NCBI GenBank assembly: GCA_046735395.1
Contig: JBJKQR010000012.1
Coordinates: 21,394 to 85,393, forward strand
Direction of reading: 5' to 3'
DNA from: Fidelibacterota bacterium
GTDB taxonomy: Bacteria > Fidelibacterota > Fidelibacteria > Fidelibacterales > DSDE01
Length of the DNA: 64,000 bases
The notes beneath the pieces were generated by a model. It was not told where the DNA came from and did not search any database. It worked only from the letters and a program-made list of their open reading frames with translations. Both the position numbers and the translations under genes were made by a program. Of this stretch, positions 18,059-26,943 are shown one piece after another. Positions within the stretch are counted from its first letter, which is position 1. Each line of letters opens with the position of its first letter.

Positions 18059-19357
18059 TTAGCCGGCGTAGAGGCCGATACCGCGTGCCTCGGTGATTTT
18101 GCGCGTGATGATATCCTTGATCCGGTAATTTTCCGCGGGAAAAATGACACTTCGGTTCGAGCTGGTTCGTCCCATCAGTTCATTCCGGCCTTTTTTACTC
18201 GGGCGCTCAACCAGAATCTCCATGTCCCTGCCGACGCAGGCCAGGTTTCGTTCGTAGGTATGTTCTTTCTGCAGCGCGATCAATTCGTTCAGGCGGGCCC
18301 GTTTTTCCGCTTCCGGGACATCGTCGGTGAGCAGAGCTGCTTTCGTGCCGGGGCGCGGGGAATATTTGAAGGTGAATGCGGAATCAAATTTCACGTCTTT
18401 CATGAGAGCCAGCGTTTCCTGAAAATCCTGCTCACTTTCCCCCGGAAAACCGACAATGATATCGGTGGTAATGCTCATGGACGGGACTGCTTTACGGATT
18501 TTTTCCACCAGCTTCAGATAATGGTCACGGGTATAGGTCCGGTTCATGGCTTTCAGCATCCGGTCGGATCCGGCCTGAAGGGGAAGGTGAATATGGTCCG
18601 CGATGCGGGGAAGAAATTCCGCATGCACGGCCAGCAGGTCATCATCCACATCCTGAGGATGGGGACTGGTATAGCGGATGCGGCGGATCCCCGGAACCTG
18701 GGCAACCGCTCTGAGCAGCTGGGGAAAATGATCCTCTCCGTGCCGGTAACTGTTTACATTCTGTCCCAGAAGCGTGATCTCCACAAAGCCCTGCTCTGCG
18801 ATGAGAGCTGCTTCTTCGGTAATACTGGCGATGGAGCGGCTCCGTTCCCGTCCCCGTGTATAGGGAACGATGCAGTAGGTGCAGAATTTGTCACAGCCCC
18901 GCATGATGCTGATCCAGGCATTAATGCCTTCCCGTCTGGCGGGGAAGAGGCCGTCATAAACCTCATAGCGGCTGAGATGCGTATCGACTTTGCCGCGTCT
19001 CGTCCGTTTTTTAGACAGCATTTCAGGCAGACGCCGGTAGGCATCCGGCCCGGCAACGATCTGAACATGAGTCCGGTTATTGACCAGCTTTTCCTTGAGG
19101 TTCTGGGCCATGCAGCCGACCACGCCCAGCTGCAGGTCCGGATTTTCACTGCGGTATTTCTGCAGCTCGCCGATGCGGCTGTATATCTTGTCCTCGGCAT
19201 GCTCCCGGACCGAGCAGGTATTGAGCAGAATGACGTCTGCATCTTCAGGGCGTTCCACCGCTTCAAAATCCGGCTCACGCTCCAGTATTCCTGCTATCAG
19301 TTCGCTGTCATATACATTCATCTGGCAGCCGTAGGTCTCTATATAGAATTTTTTCAT
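18059..19357 (-). CDS. miaB: tRNA-2-methylthio-N6-dimethylallyladenosine synthase
   Basis: N-terminal UPF0004 domain (YIETYGCQMNVYDSE), radical-SAM CDKFCTYCIVP and a C-terminal TRAM-like region. Confidence 0.95.
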   Translation of the reverse strand: MKKFYIETYGCQMNVYDSELIAGILEREPDFEAVERPEDADVILLNTCSVREHAEDKIYSRIGELQKYRSENPDLQLGVVGCMAQNLKEKLVNNRTHVQIVAGPDAYRRLPEMLSKKRTRRGKVDTHLSRYEVYDGLFPARREGINAWISIMRGCDKFCTYCIVPYTRGRERSRSIASITEEAALIAEQGFVEITLLGQNVNSYRHGEDHFPQLLRAVAQVPGIRRIRYTSPHPQDVDDDLLAVHAEFLPRIADHIHLPLQAGSDRMLKAMNRTYTRDHYLKLVEKIRKAVPSMSITTDIIVGFPGESEQDFQETLALMKDVKFDSAFTFKYSPRPGTKAALLTDDVPEAEKRARLNELIALQKEHTYERNLACVGRDMEILVERPSKKGRNELMGRTSSNRSVIFPAENYRIKDIITRKITEARGIGLYAG

Positions 19358-19530
19358 CGTTCTCCCATTTTCAGGGCCTAAATTACTGAAAAAAAATGTC
19401 CTTGTGAAGAACCCATCTGAAAAATACCCGGGAATGTCTCATTTTATGGATGTTTTTTTACCGTCGGTTCAGATGACTCAGGTAAATTCCGGATTCAGGA
19501 TATGTTCAGTACAAATTCGCTGAATGGATT

Positions 19531-21387
19531 TTACAGTAAATCAGTCATCAAGGTATTGATACGGTCCACCATCCTGCGGGGATCTATTTTCAGGCCGGCG
19601 GTAAAGAAGGCGTTGTCAGTCACCTGTTCCATCAGGAGGCGCGCCTTTGCCTCATTCTCCTCACTTCCGCTGAGGGTGGCGATTTTCTGGATAAGGGGAT
19701 GGGTGGAATTGATTTCCAGTACCTTTTTCCCGGTCTGGTACATTTCATTCCGGGACGCTTCCAGTATTTTCTGCATATTGGTGGTCATGGCATCATCCGG
19801 ATTGACGATCAGCGCGGGACTGTCAACCAACCGGGTGGAAAGACGGACGTCTGAAAGCCGCGGATCCATATCCTTTTTCAGCCAGTCGAGAAGTTTTTCT
19901 GCAGTCTTTTTTGCGCTTTTTGCCTTCTTGTCATCCGAGGCTGTCGAAGTAAGTTTCACATCGGCCTGGTCTGCGGACATGAGCTTCTTTTCTCCGTATT
20001 CGCGAAGGCTGGTCATCACAAAATCATCAATGGGCTCGTAGAGAAAAAGGACATCCACGTCATTGGCCCGGAAGGTTTCCAGATACGGGCTGCTTTCGAT
20101 TTCCTGCCGCGATGAACCGGTCAGGTAATAGATTTCCTTCTGATCTTCACCGGCGTGAGCCACGTAGTCATCGAGCGAAATCTGTTTTCCCGCTTCGGTC
20201 TTTCTGCTTTCAAACCGCAGCAATGACGCGATATCCTTCGCATTTTCCCAGTCGGAATTGGCCCCTTCCTTCAGGTACATGGAAAAGGTCTTGTAAAATT
20301 CCAGATAGCTGTCCTGGTGTTCCTTCGCCTGGGTCTGGAGAAAACTGATAAGCCGCCTGGTCAGGAATTTTTTCAGTTTGCCGATGATCAGATTGTCCTG
20401 CAGTGTTTCGCGGCTGATATTCAGGGGCAGGTCCTCACTGTCCACGATACCCTTGACGAAGCGAAGATATTCGGGCAGGATTTCCTTGACCTGAGCCTGG
20501 ATCAGAACTTTATTGCAGTACAGGCTGACTCCGGGTTCGCTGCGGTTGAAGCCGAATATTTCCATATTTTCCCGGGGGAAATAGAGGAGCGCATTCAGCT
20601 GAATGGGGGCATCCGAACTGGTGTGAAGCTGAAAGAAGGGGTCGGAGGCGGCATTTTCGTGGAATTTGTAGAATTCCTTGTAATCGTTCTCACTCACATC
20701 CTTCGGTGACTGCGTCCAGATCGGTTTGATGGTATTGACCAGCTCGTCATCCACATAAATGGGAGACGGAACGAAATTGCTGTACTGCTTGATGATCTGC
20801 TTGATCGTATCCTTTTCCAGATATTTGTCGTGATCTTCGGAAAGCTCGACGATGATGCGTGTTCCCCGGGTGATCCCTTCCTCGCGTCCGATGCTGTAGT
20901 CATTGATGCCATCGCTGCTCCATTCCCAGCCTTCCGCATCCTTCTGATAGCTGCGGGTGATGACGCGAACCCGTTTCGCGACCATGAAGGCGGAGTAGAA
21001 ACCGACTCCGAACTGGCCGATGAGCTGACTTTTTTCACTGTCGCCCCGGGACTGGAGATTTTCGAAGAATTTTTCGGTGGAGGAGTGGGCGATGGTTCCC
21101 AGATTTTCGATGAGCTCGTCCCGGGTCATCCCCACACCTGTATCGCTGATCGTCAGAGTGTGCGTATCCTTGCTGATGTCAATCCGTATTTCAAAGGGCA
21201 GATCCTGGTCAGCACCGTCCGGATCTGTCAGGGACAGATAGCGGAATTTCTCTATCGCATCCGACGCATTGGAAATCAGTTCACGAATGAAAATATCGCG
21301 GTTTGTATATAACGAATGAATGACGATGTTCAGGAGTTTCTTTGCCTCGGTCTGGTATTCATAGCTTTGAATCGGTGTTTCTTTCAT
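19531..21387 (-). CDS. htpG: Molecular chaperone HtpG (Hsp90)
   Basis: 618 aa with ELISNASDA and GQFGVGFYSAFMVA, the GHKL ATPase signature of Hsp90. Confidence 0.97.
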   Translation of the reverse strand: MKETPIQSYEYQTEAKKLLNIVIHSLYTNRDIFIRELISNASDAIEKFRYLSLTDPDGADQDLPFEIRIDISKDTHTLTISDTGVGMTRDELIENLGTIAHSSTEKFFENLQSRGDSEKSQLIGQFGVGFYSAFMVAKRVRVITRSYQKDAEGWEWSSDGINDYSIGREEGITRGTRIIVELSEDHDKYLEKDTIKQIIKQYSNFVPSPIYVDDELVNTIKPIWTQSPKDVSENDYKEFYKFHENAASDPFFQLHTSSDAPIQLNALLYFPRENMEIFGFNRSEPGVSLYCNKVLIQAQVKEILPEYLRFVKGIVDSEDLPLNISRETLQDNLIIGKLKKFLTRRLISFLQTQAKEHQDSYLEFYKTFSMYLKEGANSDWENAKDIASLLRFESRKTEAGKQISLDDYVAHAGEDQKEIYYLTGSSRQEIESSPYLETFRANDVDVLFLYEPIDDFVMTSLREYGEKKLMSADQADVKLTSTASDDKKAKSAKKTAEKLLDWLKKDMDPRLSDVRLSTRLVDSPALIVNPDDAMTTNMQKILEASRNEMYQTGKKVLEINSTHPLIQKIATLSGSEENEAKARLLMEQVTDNAFFTAGLKIDPRRMVDRINTLMTDLL

Positions 21388-21503
21388 CTTCTATCCTCTT
21401 TTTTTTAATCCTTTACCACTGGCCACCACGGATGGGCCGATGCGGGTTTCAATTCTATCCTTTGATTCACTTTTCCATGAAAAGTTTCATCACAAAAACG
21501 GTT

Positions 21504-24170
21504 TTATTCTGATTTTTTCTTATCCAGATATTTTCGTATCAGCCGGTTGAGGTCGCTCAGGACGATGGGTTTTGAGATAAATTCGACGGCGCCGATTTCC
21601 TTGGCTTTTTCAACCGTGAGCGTATCGCTGAAACCAGTACAGATAATGATGGGGACATCCTTTCGAATGGCCAGCATCTTGCGGGTCAGGGCATCTCCCG
21701 TCATTTCGGGCATGGTGAGATCGGTCACGACCAGGTCATAGGCCCGCGGATCCTCCGTAAAGGCCTGCAGGGCATCGGGGCTTTTCGTGAATGAGCTGAC
21801 GCGATATCCGAACAGCGGAAGAGCGCGCTGGGCCAGTTCAACAATTTTGTCCTCATCATCCACATAAAGAATATGTTCCGTACCGCCGGTGGTTTCGGCA
21901 GCTGCCGGTGTCTTGCTCTTGATCCCCGGACTCTGGTCGTAAATCGGCAGATATACCCTGAACAGTGTCCCCTTGTCGGCTTCACTGTACACCGATATAT
22001 GCCCTTTGCAGCTGTTTACGATACCATGAACCACAGCCAGTCCCAGCCCGGTTCCTTCACCGCTTTTTTTCGTCGTGAAATAGGGATCGAAGATATTTTT
22101 AATGATGGATTTCGGGATACCGGGGCCCGTGTCCTTCACATCCAGCAGCACATATTTACCGGGAGCCACAGGCGCGCCGATCACCGGATCATTTTCGGAA
22201 ACTGAAAAGTTGTGCAGTTTCACAACCAGTTTTCCGCCGGTTTCCTTCATCGCCTGGTAGGCATTGGTACAGAGGTTCATGACAATCTGATGGATCTCCA
22301 CCGGATCGGCGAGGATATAACTTTTACTTTCAATGATTTCCTCAATGTCGATGGTGCGGGGAATACTGGAGCGGACCAGCTGCAGCGCCTCTCCCACGAT
22401 ATGAGAAAATTTGACCGGAACGATTTCCTTGTCTTTTTTCCGGCTGAAGGTGAGGATCTGATTCACCAGATCCCGGGCTCTCTGGGAAGCCATGGATATC
22501 TCCTGCAGCTCGTTATCCAGCTGAAGATTCTCCGCGACTTTCATGAGGGCCAGATCATTGTACCCGATGATGGCCGTCAGAATATTATTGAAATCATGCG
22601 CAATACCGCCGGCCAGGGTGCCCAGGGATTCGAGCTTCTGGCTCTGTCTCAGCTGTTCCTCAAGGCGGATGCTTTCGGTAATATTATGAAGGATGGCCAT
22701 ATACCCGGCAATATGCCCGCCGGATTCGAAATAGGGGGAAATGGTCGTTTCATAGGTCATGAGATGTCCGTCCCGGATGCGGTTGCGGACGATACCCGAC
22801 CACATTTTCCCTTTTCGGACAGTGTGCCAGATATCATTGAAAATTTCGTCCTCCGCGAAGGTTTCCCTGAAGATATCCGGACGGTTGCCGAGAATTTCGT
22901 TCCTTTCAAATCCGGTGTTTTTATAAAAGGCCGGATTGACGTAATCTATCACTCCGTCCGGATTTATGAGAAGAATGGATTCTGTGGACTGTTCGATAAC
23001 GGTTTGAAACCGCGCCAGCTCGTTTTCATTCAGTTTGCGGTTGCTGATATCGCGGACAGTTACCACAATATGGTCTCTGTCTTCGATGATGGTGCGGCGA
23101 AAGGCAAGCTCTGCCCAGAAGTGACTTCCGTCCTTGCGTGTGACTTCCTTTTCCAGATGTCCGTCGTGGCGGGTGAGAAGCGTATGCTGAAATTCCTCCC
23201 GGAGCAGCCGGCCACGAACCGTCGTATCCGGTGCAAATTCCGCTGAAAATTTTCCGATCACCTCCTCTTCACTGTCATAACGGTAGATGTCAAGCATGGC
23301 CTGATTCACTTCGAGAATCCGGGTTGTCAGGGCATCATGGATGATAATAGCATCCGAAGGAGAGTTGAAGATCTCCCGATATTTCTTTTCGCCGGATTTC
23401 AGAGCTTCAATTGCGCTGTTTCGCTCATTCAGCTGCGTTTTTATCCGCATCATCATCGTATTGAAACTGCGGTATAAGGTTCCGATTTCGTCCTTTTTAT
23501 CGTAATTGGCCTTAATATCCTCCCGATTTTCGGGTGAAATATTTTCGGCGATGGCCGCCAGTTTCAGAATGGGACCGGAGATGATGTCCTGCAGAATATA
23601 GGCTGCGACAAAAGCCAGAATTCCGGTGAGAAGCGAGACAAAGATCAGAAACATGATATACTGCCGGATCCGCTGGGACAACTGATCCGTATCGGCGAGA
23701 ATACTGACGCTTCCCAGCTGCTCACCATGATATACAACGGGATGGAAAACCAGCAGTTTTTCACCCTGATAGAGGATCTTTTCTTCCTTCACATACTGCA
23801 TTGTCCCCGGATCGGGTGTTCCGCCCTGCCGGGAATAGACCGCAAACAGGTGTCCTTCATTATCAAGAATGACGGCCTGGCTGATGGAGGGCATATTGCC
23901 GATTTTTGATACAATACTGCGGGCCTCTTCCTTATAGCTGTACAGAAGCGGCCTGACACAGGATTCTGAAATGAACTGAGCGCTGACCTGTGTATCCCGG
24001 ATCAGTTCCTTCTTAAGATTTGAAAACTGAAAATAGGAAATAGTGGCATAGGCGGCCAGCAGGCTCAGCAGAGAGACGAACAGGATAATGGCAATGAGCT
24101 TGCCCCGGATGGAAAACTGATCGGACAGGGTTCGGCGTAACCGTTTCAGGTCGTCTCTGTACTGACTCAT
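21504..24170 (-). CDS. Hybrid sensor histidine kinase/response regulator (TM-sensor-TM, HAMP, PAS x2, HisKA, HATPase, REC)
   Basis: Two TM segments flank an ~150-aa extracytoplasmic region. H-box GIAHDFNNILTAI, ATPase GTGLGLAVV and a C-terminal receiver (LVVTDLTMPEMTG) are present. Confidence 0.9.
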   Translation of the reverse strand: MSQYRDDLKRLRRTLSDQFSIRGKLIAIILFVSLLSLLAAYATISYFQFSNLKKELIRDTQVSAQFISESCVRPLLYSYKEEARSIVSKIGNMPSISQAVILDNEGHLFAVYSRQGGTPDPGTMQYVKEEKILYQGEKLLVFHPVVYHGEQLGSVSILADTDQLSQRIRQYIMFLIFVSLLTGILAFVAAYILQDIISGPILKLAAIAENISPENREDIKANYDKKDEIGTLYRSFNTMMMRIKTQLNERNSAIEALKSGEKKYREIFNSPSDAIIIHDALTTRILEVNQAMLDIYRYDSEEEVIGKFSAEFAPDTTVRGRLLREEFQHTLLTRHDGHLEKEVTRKDGSHFWAELAFRRTIIEDRDHIVVTVRDISNRKLNENELARFQTVIEQSTESILLINPDGVIDYVNPAFYKNTGFERNEILGNRPDIFRETFAEDEIFNDIWHTVRKGKMWSGIVRNRIRDGHLMTYETTISPYFESGGHIAGYMAILHNITESIRLEEQLRQSQKLESLGTLAGGIAHDFNNILTAIIGYNDLALMKVAENLQLDNELQEISMASQRARDLVNQILTFSRKKDKEIVPVKFSHIVGEALQLVRSSIPRTIDIEEIIESKSYILADPVEIHQIVMNLCTNAYQAMKETGGKLVVKLHNFSVSENDPVIGAPVAPGKYVLLDVKDTGPGIPKSIIKNIFDPYFTTKKSGEGTGLGLAVVHGIVNSCKGHISVYSEADKGTLFRVYLPIYDQSPGIKSKTPAAAETTGGTEHILYVDDEDKIVELAQRALPLFGYRVSSFTKSPDALQAFTEDPRAYDLVVTDLTMPEMTGDALTRKMLAIRKDVPIIICTGFSDTLTVEKAKEIGAVEFISKPIVLSDLNRLIRKYLDKKKSE

Positions 24171-24222
24171 CCGTCTATCCTGACATCGCAGAAAGCGACA
24201 TGACCATTTTGATTAGCTGATC

Positions 24223-25416
24223 TCATCGAGGGTCTCCTGCAGGGGATTCCATTGCCATGGATTGCTCAAGAATGCCCAGAATATAGGAGAGCTTGGACCG
24301 GTCCGTTTCGTTCAGAGAGCCGTGTGTGGCAATCGTTTCAGATGCCTGGCGCAGGGCCGTGCCGGCCTGTTCTGCGTCTCCGTTTCCGAGGCATTGCGTA
24401 ATGCGCAGCAGGGTATCGACCGTAGCTTTATCATCCTGTCCTCTGTCATCATAGTCAAACAGAGATGTGGGGGCCTCATTGAGATCATCGAGAAAGGCTG
24501 CCAGATGCCCGGCCGTATGTATAAGTTTTGGGTAATCCAGTTTTTCCGCACTGTCATTGGTACTGTGATAATAGCGTGAACGTCCCTCGGTTAAAAAGAG
24601 GAAAGCTTTATGTCTGGATTTGAAGGCCAGATAATTTCCGGAGGGGGGGATGGCATGGATTCCGAGACGGTGAAAACGAAAATCACCGGAATTGCTGCGC
24701 TGATCGAGAATGCTGCCGATCCGGCTTTTTTCCGCGCCGGCCGCATAGATTCCCTTCTTCAGGGCAGCACAGTCAATGGACGGATGTCCCAGCAGATCCA
24801 GAAACAATCCCAGACGGATGGTATCCAGCGGGACAACCGGATTTTCGCAGAATCGTTCGGCCCCCATGTCGGGTGAATTGAAGAAGGGGGGCTCCTCCGC
24901 GTCAAAAAAGGCAATCATGAGGGATCGGGCTTCATCCCGGTTGCATATGAGATTCTGGTACTGTTCCGCTGCATGCAGAATAACAGCCACCGCAGCAGCA
25001 TTGTCATTGGCTCCTGGGAAATAGCTGTCATGATCCGGATCGGCTCCGAGGTGATCATAGTGTGCTTCCAGCAGGATGATTTCCGATGCGGCCTTTCCTT
25101 TTCCGGGCAGGATGCCGGAAATATTGACAGCATACGCTTCAGATACTGATTGATACAGTGGAGTCTCATAACTATTTCCATCCGGTGCCGCCGCACCGAT
25201 GCTGTTCAGCAGCCCGCAGAGAAAGGCTCTGGCTCTCGCGGACCCCTCAGTACCGCTTCTCCGTCCCAGACATTCGGGGGAACTCAGAAAATGGACAATG
25301 TCCATAATGCTTTCCATTGGGCATAATTTGACGGGTTTATTCTCAAATAACAATATTTTATTCAAAGACTGTGATTCATCAGACATGGATAATAAGGAAA
25401 AGCAGAAGCCTGTCAC
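24223..25416 (-). CDS. M28-family metallopeptidase-like protein (start uncertain)
   Basis: Metal-ligand-like motifs are present (EAHYDHLG, GANDNAAAVAV, FFDAEEPPFF). There is no obvious signal peptide. Internal ATGs at 25386 and 25320 are alternative starts. Confidence 0.65.
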   Translation of the reverse strand: MTGFCFSLLSMSDESQSLNKILLFENKPVKLCPMESIMDIVHFLSSPECLGRRSGTEGSARARAFLCGLLNSIGAAAPDGNSYETPLYQSVSEAYAVNISGILPGKGKAASEIILLEAHYDHLGADPDHDSYFPGANDNAAAVAVILHAAEQYQNLICNRDEARSLMIAFFDAEEPPFFNSPDMGAERFCENPVVPLDTIRLGLFLDLLGHPSIDCAALKKGIYAAGAEKSRIGSILDQRSNSGDFRFHRLGIHAIPPSGNYLAFKSRHKAFLFLTEGRSRYYHSTNDSAEKLDYPKLIHTAGHLAAFLDDLNEAPTSLFDYDDRGQDDKATVDTLLRITQCLGNGDAEQAGTALRQASETIATHGSLNETDRSKLSYILGILEQSMAMESPAGDPR

Positions 25417-25563
25417 TCCGGAATACGTTCTGTGTGTATTCTATCCGTAACATGTCCGAAAATTCCTGATATTTTTTCTGTATATTACATCTGTCTTTAT
25501 CTAAATTTCCTCAGGACGGAATTTGAGAAATGGGACTGAATAGCGAATGATTATCCGGGGAAA

Positions 25564-26760
25564 ATGATGATGGCATTTACAGATGGTACTGATCTCAGCC
25601 AATTAATACATGTATTTCATGAGTCCTGTCACTCCTACGGGGACCTGTGCCGGCAGACCTATTCACTGATCGGCAGAAATTCCGAAGCCGGATTGATTCT
25701 CGTGTCACAGCAGCTGAATACTGAAAATCTGGATATCCTGGATGCTTTCGGATGGATGGCGGGGCTGTCATCCCCTGACCTGATCCGGCTGCTGACCGCC
25801 AGCAACAGATCGGAAGAGTTCACAGAGAAGGTGTGGATAAAAAAGCTGGAAAATGAACAGGCCGCTTCCGGTGCCGCGGTGACGCTTCTGTGCTGGAAGG
25901 ATGGCCGGAACAAATATTTGCTGGCTATGGATGAAGGCGGCGAAACCGCGGACGGCATACAGACCGCAGAGCTCACGGCTTTGCTGGCCATGAAGATAGA
26001 AGCGCTGAAATCCCGGGCTCAGCGACAGCCGGATGAAGAGAAGAGTGAATTCCGGAACGGGCGGCTGCATAATGTTGGGGTTCTGGCTGCGGGCGTGGCT
26101 CATGAGGTCAATAACCCGCTGACGGGAATGATCAATTTTGCCCAGATGATCCAGGATCATTCAGACAGCGACAGAATCAGGAGGTACGCGGATTCAGTTA
26201 TCCGTGAGGGAAACCGTATCGCCCGAATTGTCCGGAATCTGCTTTCCTACAGTGCATTCCGGGAAGAAGGACCGGTGCTGGTGAATCCCGCAGATGTGCT
26301 GAATGATGCCATCTCTCTCCTGCGGTCAACCCTTACATCCGAATCCATCAGCGTGGATTTTGCGGAATCCGTTCAGCTTCCGGCCGCGTCCCTGAACAGC
26401 CAGCAACTGGAACAGGTTTTCATTAATGTTCTGCTGAATGCCCGGGATTCACTGAACCGGAAATTTCCAGGACAGCACGCCGATAAAAAAATACATATTG
26501 ATCTGGCCTCTCGTGGCGATGCACCGAACCAATGGGCTGTATTTCGCCTTCGGGACAACGGGGAAGGTGTTCCGGAAGAATATCTGAAAAAGATATTTGA
26601 TGAAGGTTTCTCCACGGGTGACGGATCCCGAAACAGCGGCCTGGGACTCCCCATTTCCCGCCGGATTATTCAGAGCAGCGGAGGTAAGCTCAGCCTGGAA
26701 TCCGAATGGGGAAAAGGGGCGATGGTAACCATCGAGATTCCGATCACCGGAGCAAAATGA
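25564..26760 (+). CDS. Cytoplasmic sensor histidine kinase (unknown N-terminal domain + HisKA + HATPase)
   Basis: H-box VAHEVNNPLTGM, N-box NVLLNARDS and G2 box GLGLPISRRI. No TM helix is evident. Confidence 0.85.
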   Translation: MMMAFTDGTDLSQLIHVFHESCHSYGDLCRQTYSLIGRNSEAGLILVSQQLNTENLDILDAFGWMAGLSSPDLIRLLTASNRSEEFTEKVWIKKLENEQAASGAAVTLLCWKDGRNKYLLAMDEGGETADGIQTAELTALLAMKIEALKSRAQRQPDEEKSEFRNGRLHNVGVLAAGVAHEVNNPLTGMINFAQMIQDHSDSDRIRRYADSVIREGNRIARIVRNLLSYSAFREEGPVLVNPADVLNDAISLLRSTLTSESISVDFAESVQLPAASLNSQQLEQVFINVLLNARDSLNRKFPGQHADKKIHIDLASRGDAPNQWAVFRLRDNGEGVPEEYLKKIFDEGFSTGDGSRNSGLGLPISRRIIQSSGGKLSLESEWGKGAMVTIEIPITGAK

Positions 26761-26943
26761 GTCCCATCGGTGCGAACAGACTCAATCAATCATAGGATTT
26801 GCATGCAAAATGAGATATATTTCAGCTGATAAGAGAGGAATAAAACCGGACCGAACGGCAGCAAAGCAGGGCCGTATTGGTTTCAGTGGAAATAGCCAGT
26901 TTGTTGGAAATTAGAAAAAATTCTACAGGAACCCGGACAAACG

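Noticed and set aside
21432-21453. Sigma-32-like promoter on the minus strand upstream of htpG (ATTGAAA...GCCCATCC).
   Set aside because: The spacer between the TTGAA-like and CCCAT-like elements is about 10-11 nt, against 13-17 in the consensus, and both hexamers are imperfect. The evidence is too weak to call.
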